From contig JAWAFD010000003.1 in NCBI GenBank assembly GCA_038890745.1, forward strand, positions 1 through 64,000: a DNA stretch of 64,000 bases, in the 5' to 3' direction. The DNA is from Candidatus Anstonellales archaeon. Its GTDB lineage: Archaea; Micrarchaeota; Micrarchaeia; Anstonellales; J096. Shown here one piece after another: positions 29,002-38,835 of the stretch (its first letter is position 1; every line of letters begins with the position of its first letter). Under the pieces are notes generated by a model. It searched no databases. It was not told where the DNA came from and saw nothing but the letters and a program-made list of their open reading frames with translations. Both the position numbers and the translations under genes were made by a program.

Positions 29002-29033
29002 TAACCTATTTTTAATTATAATCAGGTGAAAAA

Positions 29034-29543
29034 ATGAATGTAAAATGTAGTGAGATAAGATTGTTTGTAATAAATAGGAAGGCCTGGTTTCTGAGCCTTC
29101 TTGGAATGGGTAAGAAGTATCTTCCCATGGGAAGAGCAAAGCACGAGGCAATATTCTCGGATACAGCAGAAGATAACCACAAAGTAGTGTTTGATACAAA
29201 AGATAGATTCGAAGTAGAGATGGTTAAGAAGCTTATCTTTTCATTCGGAAAACCTAAACAAGCAGAGAAAAAAATTAACCCAGTTTATAAACTGATAGGA
29301 AAAGCAGATGGTTTCATAAATGGCTTGCCTTTTGAAGTCAAATTCTGCGAAAAAGAAAACCAAGGGGATTTTTTGCAAGCTGCTTCTTATGCACTCCTTT
29401 ACAGTACCAGCAAGTCATATCTTTTCTATCCTTCTAGGTATTTTGTAGTAGATCCTAATGAATATATCGACAGGATAGCAGATGTTGTAGACAAGATACT
29501 AGCAGTGAAGGAGGCGCTTTTCTATGATACTTATATGCGATGA
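29034..29543 (+). CDS. cas4: Cas4-like RecB nuclease without the Fe-S cysteine set
   Basis: H (AKHE), D (GKADG), ExK (FEVKF), QxxxY (QAASY); directly upstream of cas1. Confidence 0.7.
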   Translation: MNVKCSEIRLFVINRKAWFLSLLGMGKKYLPMGRAKHEAIFSDTAEDNHKVVFDTKDRFEVEMVKKLIFSFGKPKQAEKKINPVYKLIGKADGFINGLPFEVKFCEKENQGDFLQAASYALLYSTSKSYLFYPSRYFVVDPNEYIDRIADVVDKILAVKEALFYDTYMR

Positions 29544-30411
29544 GTTCGGGACATGGATAGGCAAAAAGGGTGAAAGAATCATACTCAAAAAGGGAGGTGA
29601 TGTCATAAAAGAGGTATCTATGAGAAAAATCGAGGGGATTATGGTGGGGAAAGGTGTTTCATTATCTTCTGATTTCTTAGTTATGCTTTCTAAAAACAAC
29701 ATCCCCGTCTTCTTCTCATCTGACCTTTCCTCACCATTTATTTTTTCTTCTTCTTCCCTTTCCTTGTCAAATCTTCGTTATGCTCAATCTCATATTTCCG
29801 ATGATAAGAAAAAGACATTCGTAAAAAACATACTGTTCTCTAAAATTTTTAATCAATACTCATTGGCTCTTCATCTGTTTGGTGAAGAATTATCTTATGA
29901 TGATTTTTATCCTTCTGTAGAGTATGAGAGTAATTTTGCTAAGAGATATTGGTCTTGTGTTAGGAAACATATCCCAATGTTTGTATCCAGGGATAGAAAA
30001 AGTGAAGATAACGTAAACCTTTCGCTTAATTATGGCTATGGTATTCTTCGTATCAGTATTTTAAAATCTGTCCTTGCTTCAGGATTGGACCCTTATTTTG
30101 GCATGATCCATCACTTAAAGGACTATTCTACTTCATTTGTCTTTGATGTAATGGAACCGTTTAGACCTATTGTGGACTATGCAGTTTTTCTATGCAAAGA
30201 TGATTTAGATAAAGACTTTAACTCAGAATTGAAATATATTATTGCTAAAAAAGTTTTATCAGTTTTTAAATCTAACTTTTTTTATAAAACTAAGAGAACT
30301 TCTCTTGATAGAATATTCCTTCTTTTTTGTTATGAGATTGGACATTTTTTTAGAGATGAAGAAAAAAATGATTTTGCAACATTCCGGGTATTCAGATGGC
30401 CAAGATTATAG
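29524..30411 (+). CDS. cas1: Cas1 integrase
   Basis: ESNFAKRYW, NLSLNYGYGIL, GLDPYFGMIH, FDVMEPFRPIVD. Confidence 0.93.
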   Translation: MILICDEFGTWIGKKGERIILKKGGDVIKEVSMRKIEGIMVGKGVSLSSDFLVMLSKNNIPVFFSSDLSSPFIFSSSSLSLSNLRYAQSHISDDKKKTFVKNILFSKIFNQYSLALHLFGEELSYDDFYPSVEYESNFAKRYWSCVRKHIPMFVSRDRKSEDNVNLSLNYGYGILRISILKSVLASGLDPYFGMIHHLKDYSTSFVFDVMEPFRPIVDYAVFLCKDDLDKDFNSELKYIIAKKVLSVFKSNFFYKTKRTSLDRIFLLFCYEIGHFFRDEEKNDFATFRVFRWPRL

Positions 30412-30671
30412 TTTTCTATGACATCAAGGATGATAGAAGAAGGTATGGCTTTGCTGATTTTTTGAAAAACATAGGTTTAGAGAGGATTCAGTTCAGTGGT
30501 TTTATGGGAGAGATAAGAGAGAAGGATTTTAATGAACTTATTTCTGGTATTCCTAAAAAAATAAATGACGCAGAAGATACTGTTCATCTTGTTCTGCTTT
30601 CTTCTTTTTCAGAGGTAAAGTGTTTTGGAAGAGGGTGGATCCCTTCAGATCCGGACATTCTTATTTTTTGA
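30396..30671 (+). CDS. cas2: Cas2
   Basis: IVFYDIKDDRRR, ERIQFSGF. Confidence 0.93.
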   Translation: MAKIIVFYDIKDDRRRYGFADFLKNIGLERIQFSGFMGEIREKDFNELISGIPKKINDAEDTVHLVLLSSFSEVKCFGRGWIPSDPDILIF

Positions 30672-30884
30672 TTTTTAAATTTTTCCATAAAATTGACAGG
30701 ATATATAGTTTTATTTTGAGATATTATATGTAGATATTTAATGGCCCATTAGCCGAAAAATTTAAAAATAACTTATTAGTTAAACTGAGCATATAGAGGC
30801 GCAAATAAATACGCGTATTAAAGCGTGCCGCCTTATTTTCTGTTTTTGCCTGTGTATTATACAAGTTTTTGTTATAGTTTATGT
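30672..30884 (+). promoter_or_regulatory. CRISPR leader
   Basis: AT-rich non-coding stretch before the first repeat; CATTAG-CCGAAAAA-TTTAAAAA at 30747-30768. Confidence 0.8.
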
Positions 30885-33800
30885 ATTGAACATGTTTACT
30901 CTATGTAAAGAGGACTGAGACTTTCAATTTTTTAACATCTACGTAATACGCTGAGACCTCTTGATTGAACATGTTTACTCTATGTAAAGAGGACTGAGAC
31001 CGATTCACGACTCTGGATGAAAACTTAGAGTGCGGTATTGAACATGTTTACTCTATGTAAAGAGGACTGAGACCCTTTCTTTTTTATTACTGCCAGATGA
31101 AACAGCCTGTGATTGAACATGTTTACTCTATGTAAAGAGGACTGAGACCACCCTGAGACCCAGCAACTATCCACGCCTCACCCGTATTGAACATGTTTAC
31201 TCTATGTAAAGAGGACTGAGACCGACCAGAAGAAGGAGATTGGAACCCCCCGCAACCTGTGCATTGAACATGTTTACTCTATGTAAAGAGGACTGAGACG
31301 AATAAAAGAAGAGCTCGCTGCCGCAAAGAGATGCCTAATCCATTGAACATGTTTACTCTATGTAAAGAGGACTGAGACAGTCCTTTTGTGTAGGCTTCCT
31401 TTGCTGCTGTGACTGATTGAACATGTTTACTCTATGTAAAGAGGACTGAGACATTCCTCATTTTGTTTTTTGAGTTCTTCGTTTTGTTTTTATTGAACAT
31501 GTTTACTCTATGTAAAGAGGACTGAGACTTTTCATCAGGTTTATAGTCAGGCTTGATGTCGGGTTTATTGAACATGTTTACTCTATGTAAAGAGGACTGA
31601 GACGTCGAGAAATTTTATAATGTGGGGTACTGCCCTTGCATATTGAACATGTTTACTCTATGTAAAGAGGACTGAGACGTCGAGAAATTTTATAATGTGG
31701 GGTACTGCCCTTGCATATTGAACATGTTTACTCTATGTAAAGAGGACTGAGACTTCTCCCAATCGCAACAGCAGCCCGAAATCGTACTTTTATTGAACAT
31801 GTTTACTCTATGTAAAGAGGACTGAGACTGCTGGTGCTCCATACTGCAATATATTTTCAGTGGGGGCATAAATTGAACATGTTTACTCTATGTAAAGAGG
31901 ACTGAGACTTGAAGAATAGCAATTAAGGTATTCTGTTTCTATCACTATTGAACATGTTTACTCTATGTAAAGAGGACTGAGACTTTAGTGGATTAGCGGA
32001 AGTGAGGGGGGAGGGGTATAATGATTGAACATGTTTACTCTATGTAAAGAGGACTGAGACTATTTTTTCTATTTTTTCTTCATTCATTCTTACCACCTCG
32101 ATTGAACATGTTTACTCTATGTAAAGAGGACTGAGACTTTTCGCAATTCCGCTATCTCTAAGTCTCCAACTAAATCTATTGAACATGTTTACTCTATGTA
32201 AAGAGGACTGAGACGGGGTCCCTCGTTGACAACTCCCCCACATCCATTTTACCACCTATTGAACATGTTTACTCTATGTAAAGAGGACTGAGACTTATTT
32301 CCAAAAACTTCATATACTCTTCCATCATGTTCAAAAGATTGAACATGTTTACTCTATGTAAAGAGGACTGAGACAGGGCTCAAACAACATTATACTACCT
32401 ACAAAAATTGCAAGAAATTGAACATGTTTACTCTATGTAAAGAGGACTGAGACAAGCCTCTATAAGACTAGGGACAGCCGCAGAACAATCCCCATTGAAC
32501 ATGTTTACTCTATGTAAAGAGGACTGAGACTGGAACATAAAAATTAACCTAAGGAAAGTTATAACTTCTGCGATTGAACATGTTTACTCTATGTAAAGAG
32601 GACTGAGACTGAAAACTTCATCGCACTCTGAACAACCACACCCGCAAATTGAACATGTTTACTCTATGTAAAGAGGACTGAGACTTATTCAAGATAATAA
32701 GTCCTACACAAACTAACAATAACGATTGAACATGTTTACTCTATGTAAAGAGGACTGAGACCTTCAAAAAATACAACAGAAAACAGGGTGAATTTAAAAT
32801 ATTGAACATGTTTACTCTATGTAAAGAGGACTGAGACCACATCTTAACTAACTCCTGCGGGCATACTTCTATCATTGAACATGTTTACTCTATGTAAAGA
32901 GGACTGAGACCTTCTTTTTTTCTTTTTCTCATAAAATTTTATTTTGTTTTATTGAACATGTTTACTCTATGTAAAGAGGACTGAGACGAACTTATATTGT
33001 GGAAACACTTTTGATAGAATTTTTACATTGAACATGTTTACTCTATGTAAAGAGGACTGAGACATGCAAAAAAACAGTTTGTTATTTCTACAAAAAAATC
33101 TATTGAACATGTTTACTCTATGTAAAGAGGACTGAGACACTACCCACGACTCACCAGTGTTTGAGAGGCCACCCCCATTGAACATGTTTACTCTATGTAA
33201 AGAGGACTGAGACTATTTTTTCTATTTTTTCTTCATTCATTCTTACCACCTCGATTGAACATGTTTACTCTATGTAAAGAGGACTGAGACTTGTTTTCTC
33301 CAGGGGAAACCTCTTCAGAGGTTTCCCCGTGAATTGAACATGTTTACTCTATGTAAAGAGGACTGAGACCGGATGTATATCGGAGATAGGGGTTCCCCCT
33401 TCGAACCCGATTGAACATGTTTACTCTATGTAAAGAGGACTGAGACTTTTCATTTTTTCACCTCTTTTATTTTTTTCCTCTATTATTGAACATGTTTACT
33501 CTATGTAAAGAGGACTGAGACTACACCTCTATAGTGAAGTCCTCTCTGTGGTGGAAGAGGATTGAACATGTTTACTCTATGTAAAGAGGACTGAGACCTA
33601 TTGTTTTATTTCCACTTATCACTGCTACTGTCTTCTCCATTGAACATGTTTACTCTATGTAAAGAGGACTGAGACAAATCCAAATATTTTATATTAATGC
33701 ACACCTTTTCCTGTGGATTGAACATGTTTACTCTATGTAAAGAGGACTGAGACCCATAGGAAGGAGGGCGTGGCATCCGCAAGCGAGTTCTCCATTGAAC

Positions 33801-35518
33801 ATGTTTACTCTATGTAAAGAGGACTGAGACATTTTTTGTTTCGTTATGTTTTTTTATGTTATCGCCTCATTGAACATGTTTACTCTATGTAAAGAGGACT
33901 GAGACACCCGTAAATTCATCAAAACATAGCACCTTAACAATGTAATTGAACATGTTTACTCTATGTAAAGAGGACTGAGACATTATAGTAAAAACCTTCG
34001 CTTCCAAACAACCCTTTCCATTGAACATGTTTACTCTATGTAAAGAGGACTGAGACTAGCGACCTACCCGTGAAGCCAGCATAATCTTTCCAAATATTGA
34101 ACATGTTTACTCTATGTAAAGAGGACTGAGACAATAATAAACAGTTGTGTGTGTTGCATGCAAATAATCAATTGAACATGTTTACTCTATGTAAAGAGGA
34201 CTGAGACTATACTCTACTGTGCGGGCGCGGTATTTTTTTGTTTTGATTGAACATGTTTACTCTATGTAAAGAGGACTGAGACTTTACTCAACAAACCTTT
34301 TTCTATTGCGAGATGATTATATCATTGAACATGTTTACTCTATGTAAAGAGGACTGAGACTGTTCAATTTGCGTAAGGGTCTTCTGCGTTTCCTGTGATG
34401 TTAAAAATTGAACATGTTTACTCTATGTAAAGAGGACTGAGACGCCTTTACCACTTTTTTCACCTCCGAGAATTAAGTTTATTGAACATGTTTACTCTAT
34501 GTAAAGAGGACTGAGACGCTATGAATTCAAACGTATACGGAACATATTTATCTCAATTGAACATGTTTACTCTATGTAAAGAGGACTGAGACCAATTATA
34601 TTAAGCACTTTGCGGATAAAAGAATTAGAAATTGAACATGTTTACTCTATGTAAAGAGGACTGAGACATGTACTATCCCTCGATGGCGGGGAATAACCCA
34701 ACTAATCATTGAACATGTTTACTCTATGTAAAGAGGACTGAGACTCATCTAATCACCTTGCTATTTATCTTAAACCAAACATTATTGAACATGTTTACTC
34801 TATGTAAAGAGGACTGAGACTCCCCGCAAAAAACCAGTCAACGAGGGACTTCGGGGGGTCCCTATTGAACATGTTTACTCTATGTAAAGAGGACTGAGAC
34901 TATGTTTATATAGGGTTTTTTGTCGAATGTTATTTTCACTTATTGAACATGTTTACTCTATGTAAAGAGGACTGAGACAACCATAATTCTATGTCCAACT
35001 CCATTTTATCAGCCTCCTTATTGAACATGTTTACTCTATGTAAAGAGGACTGAGACGAGGTATTTTTTCTCTATATTGTAAGGGTATGACTGCTAAACCA
35101 AGATTGAACATGTTTACTCTATGTAAAGAGGACTGAGACTTTACCCTTGCTACTCCCTGGCTTGGAAATTCCATTGAATTGAACATGTTTACTCTATGTA
35201 AAGAGGACTGAGACTCCCAGCAAAAAACCAATCAACGAGGGCCTTCGGGGGATCCATTGAACATGTTTACTCTATGTAAAGAGGACTGAGACTTGAGGAT
35301 ATATTTCAGAACAAAAGAGCTAAAAGAAATTGGATTGAACATGTTTACTCTATGTAAAGAGGACTGAGACTGTAAGTTTATGTTGTTTTGTGTAGAAGTT
35401 TTCACACATTGAACATGTTTACTCTATGTAAAGAGGACTGAGACGCCTTTTTCTGCACATAGGAAAGCGCCTTTGGTTCCAATTGAACATGTTTACTCTA
35501 TGTAAAGAGGACTGCTAC
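30885..35518 (+). CRISPR. CRISPR array: 61 repeats of 37 nt (ATTGAACATGTTTACTCTATGTAAAGAGGACTGAGAC) and 60 spacers of about 36-46 nt
   Basis: Counted by hand; last repeat degenerate (...ACTGCTAC), so the array reads on +; CTCT/AGAG stem precedes an 8-nt ACTGAGAC handle. Confidence 0.98.
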
Positions 35519-35638
35519 ACGGATTTCTAAATCGAATAATTCTTTTCTCTTATTAGAAAAATATCTACCGTACTGGTGAACGCATACATAAAATTTTTTT
35601 TCCTCACGGTTTAAAAACTCGATTTTTCTTTTCTTTTC

Positions 35639-36370
35639 ATGAAAACCTACAAACTTATTGCCACAGCCATGCTTGCAGCATTGGCGTTTGTTTTTCAGCT
35701 TACAAACAACCTTATTGGAATTCCGACTGGGTTTGGGATGACGGTTGACCTTGCAGCGTTTCCTGTTATTCTCGCATTTCTCATATTTGGTGCAGAGTAT
35801 GGAATATCCTCTCTTATGATGCTTGGCTTACTAATCCTCCTTTCATCTCCAACAGGTTTTATAGGGGCGATAATGAAGGTTTCAGCAACCCTACCGATGA
35901 TACTCGTTCCGTTTGCGATTGCAAAATCAAAAGGAATGAGCTTAGCAAAGACACTCATCCTGCTGTTCATCTTCATTCTTCTATTCTTCTATGCGAGCGC
36001 ATTCTTTTCTCAGTTCCACCCAATCATTCCAGCAATTTTTCTTTTAGGAATAGCCCTTCTCTCAACAAGAATAAAAGGAGATGTGGAGCTAAACAGCCCA
36101 ACCATCCTCCTCATCTCTCTTGCGATTGCCATCATCATAAGGGGGATTGCGATGATTGTTGCAAACATATATTTTGCAGGACCCATGTTTTTCCACATGA
36201 GTTCAGACCAATTCGTTTCATTTTTACAAACAATCGAGCTTCCATTTTTAGGAAAAGACTGGGCATACATGGTGATATTCTTCTGGAATGCTGTCCAGGG
36301 AACGATTGAATTCAGTTTGGCATGGGTTTTTGCATACGCATTTGGGTTGAGGAGAAGGTATGGAGAATAG
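35639..36370 (+). CDS. ECF transporter S component
   Basis: TAMLAALAFV (AxxxA), TVDLAAFP, multiple TMs; upstream of EcfA/EcfT. Confidence 0.75.
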   Translation: MKTYKLIATAMLAALAFVFQLTNNLIGIPTGFGMTVDLAAFPVILAFLIFGAEYGISSLMMLGLLILLSSPTGFIGAIMKVSATLPMILVPFAIAKSKGMSLAKTLILLFIFILLFFYASAFFSQFHPIIPAIFLLGIALLSTRIKGDVELNSPTILLISLAIAIIIRGIAMIVANIYFAGPMFFHMSSDQFVSFLQTIELPFLGKDWAYMVIFFWNAVQGTIEFSLAWVFAYAFGLRRRYGE

Positions 36371-37085
36371 GATCCTTATACAAAACCTTTCTGTTTCCTA
36401 TGCAAATGGAGTGCCTGCACTTTCAGGAATAAATCTAAAAGTAAAAAAAGGAGAAATTGTTGCGATATTGGGTGCTAACGGAAGCGGAAAATCCACCCTC
36501 CTTTATACCATAAATGGAATAATCCCCCATCTAATAAAAGCAAAAATCTTAGGAGAGGTTTTAGTGGATGGAAAAAAGCCAGAAACCCCCTCAAAGATGG
36601 CTGAAAAAATAGGAATTCTATTCCAAAACCCAGATGATCAGATATTCACCCAAAGGGTTTTTGATGAGCTGGTTTTTGGAATGAGGAACCTAAAAAGGTT
36701 TGATGAAAAGAAAGCAGAAAAATTATTGAAAGAATCAGGTTTATACAAATTCAGAAACTCAGACCCATTCGATTTATCCTTTGGGCAAAGGCAAAAACTA
36801 TGCTTCTATTCTTTGCTTGCGATGGACCCAGAAATATTCCTTCTGGATGAGCCTTCCTCAAGCCTGGATTATCCATCCTCCTTAGAGATATATTCTGTAA
36901 TAAGAAAGCTTACAAAAAAAGGAAAAACATTCATGATAGTGGAGCATGATGCAGACCTTCTATTGGATACTGCGGATAGGTTTGTAATTTTGAAAGATGG
37001 AAGGATTATAGCAGAGGGAAAAAAAGAGATATTCAAACTTAAAAAAATAAAAAACGCAGGGATAAAGATTCCAAGAGGGATATGA
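36360..37085 (+). CDS. ECF transporter ATPase (EcfA/CbiO)
   Basis: GANGSGKS, FQNPDDQI, LSFGQRQ, LDEP. Confidence 0.9.
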   Translation: MENRILIQNLSVSYANGVPALSGINLKVKKGEIVAILGANGSGKSTLLYTINGIIPHLIKAKILGEVLVDGKKPETPSKMAEKIGILFQNPDDQIFTQRVFDELVFGMRNLKRFDEKKAEKLLKESGLYKFRNSDPFDLSFGQRQKLCFYSLLAMDPEIFLLDEPSSSLDYPSSLEIYSVIRKLTKKGKTFMIVEHDADLLLDTADRFVILKDGRIIAEGKKEIFKLKKIKNAGIKIPRGI

Positions 37086-37555
37086 TGCTTTTTTTTATTC
37101 TCTTTGTGATTGTTTTTCTTTCTCTTCTTCCTTTGGAATACTCAATGTATTATTTTCCAGTTATTTTTTTGTTTGCAGTCCTAAAAAAAGTTGAGTTAAA
37201 AAATGTATTTTTGCTTGCCATACCAGTTTTTTTAGTTTGTATTTTTCTCCCGCAACCGATAGAAAGATTGCTTTATTTTGTTTCAGTTCTTCTTCTTCCG
37301 GCAATATACATAAAAACAAGATCAATCCAGGAAATAAAGAATGAACTATCAGCAATAGGAATAAATGGAGAAATGTTTCTCCTTTCCATGGAATACTCAA
37401 AACTAATGGCAAAAAAAATCGAAAAGAATTCCATTGCAAAAAAAACAAGGAAGGGAAGGTTTTCTTCCCCCCTCCCAATTTTTCACTTCCTTTTCAGAAG
37501 GGCAAAGGCCCTTTCCCTTTCCATAGAATCCAGAGGCTATGGGAGCTTCTTGTAG
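37082..37555 (+). CDS. Short EcfT/CbiQ-like transmembrane component
   Basis: KTRK and IESRGY coupling-helix motifs; only 157 aa. Confidence 0.7.
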   Translation: MMLFFILFVIVFLSLLPLEYSMYYFPVIFLFAVLKKVELKNVFLLAIPVFLVCIFLPQPIERLLYFVSVLLLPAIYIKTRSIQEIKNELSAIGINGEMFLLSMEYSKLMAKKIEKNSIAKKTRKGRFSSPLPIFHFLFRRAKALSLSIESRGYGSFL

Positions 37556-38835
37556 CGTATTTTGAAGGTTATTTCCTTCTTCCCTTCTCCAAGAGAGAAC
37601 TTCCATGTAATCTTATCCTGGGTTTTCTCAGCAGGCTGCTCGCTCAAGGAATAAAGTTCCCAGTCACCATAGTGTGGATAGAAATTCACCTCAATTTTTT
37701 CCACGGTTGTTCCATGGTTTTGTATTGTTATCCTATAGCTGTATTCATAGCTCGTAATTCCTTCCTTATAATCAAGGGTTTCTGTTTTCCCAGTTACATC
37801 AAAGCTTTTTCCACTTTCAAGCTCAACCAAACTTCCCTTCCCCTTATTCCCAATGCTGGAAGCACCAACAAGCATCCCATCAGCAACAACCTTCACCTCT
37901 CCGGAAGGCATCTCACGAGGTGCGCTGAAAGAATAGATGGTTGAGAGTGCGCTCTCCTCCTGGTCATATCCATAGGATTTGTATCTCAGTGTTTTGTTTA
38001 CATCCATCTCCTCTTTATACATCTCATAGGATTTTTTCTCTTTGTCCTTTATGCTCACAGGCATGCTCAACTCATACACATGGAACTCCTCAACCTTTCC
38101 TCCATACTCAACCGGTGCAGCAGACTCCATCATCGCTCCCTTTGCCATAGCATAATCAGCATATGGATAGTATCTCTGTCCATAGTTTATCTCACCAGCA
38201 ACAAGCTTTACCTTTACATTCTCTATATCCTTTCCGCAATTGTTGTTTATGTTTGCCCTTGCTTTTATCACACCTTTATTTCCATTCACAAATAGATAGT
38301 AATCCGTCCCCCAATCCAATCCAGTAAAAGCATAGTAAACCTTGAACTGGTTATCCTCTCCATCAAGCTTGAATTCCCCAATTGTTTTCTTTTTTGCATA
38401 CTCAGGAATCACATATCCAAGAGGATGAAGCGCATACACCCCATCGCTCGTCTCAACATACACCGTCCCTCCTTTCACATCCAGAAGCTTTCCGCTAACC
38501 TTCATCTGATCATCATAAACAGTTATTTGCTGGCCTATGAAATTTTCAAGCTCTGTCTGTTGCATAACTATGCTCTGATCGATAACATTAGAGCCGACTG
38601 GGATTAGTATCAAGCTTTCATCTATTATTGTTTCTGGAAGCTCAATCTCAAGCGTGTTTGTTGGCTGCGTCGTAAATGCAGAGCTGTAAAATGCAAAGTT
38701 TTTGTAAAGAATCATCTCTTCTCCTTCACTATCCATCGCGACTGCGTTTGCAGTATTTGTAAGCAGGAATGCACCTATAAGAACAACAAACACAAGCAAA
38801 GCTATTCCATACCAAATTCTATTGTCTTTCTTCAT
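37537..38835 (-). CDS. DUF4139-like exported protein
   Basis: N-terminal TM; GLDWGTDY, KLVAGE, FHVYEL, PSGEV, GKSFDV. Confidence 0.7.
   Translation of the reverse strand: MKKDNRIWYGIALLVFVVLIGAFLLTNTANAVAMDSEGEEMILYKNFAFYSSAFTTQPTNTLEIELPETIIDESLILIPVGSNVIDQSIVMQQTELENFIGQQITVYDDQMKVSGKLLDVKGGTVYVETSDGVYALHPLGYVIPEYAKKKTIGEFKLDGEDNQFKVYYAFTGLDWGTDYYLFVNGNKGVIKARANINNNCGKDIENVKVKLVAGEINYGQRYYPYADYAMAKGAMMESAAPVEYGGKVEEFHVYELSMPVSIKDKEKKSYEMYKEEMDVNKTLRYKSYGYDQEESALSTIYSFSAPREMPSGEVKVVADGMLVGASSIGNKGKGSLVELESGKSFDVTGKTETLDYKEGITSYEYSYRITIQNHGTTVEKIEVNFYPHYGDWELYSLSEQPAEKTQDKITWKFSLGEGKKEITFKIRYKKLP

Noticed and set aside
30950..31159. CTGAGAC (repeat 3' end) inside spacers 1 and 4
   Set aside because: 7-nt matches with normal spacer lengths; cannot be distinguished from chance
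33549..33560. Spacer 35 shares TGGTGGAAGAGG with the 57785-58302 repeat (possible self-targeting)
   Set aside because: Only 12 of 39 nt match; no convincing self-target was noticed, though the search was not exhaustive
32967..35231. ORFs 32967-33185 and 35031-35231
   Set aside because: Translations of CRISPR repeats and spacers
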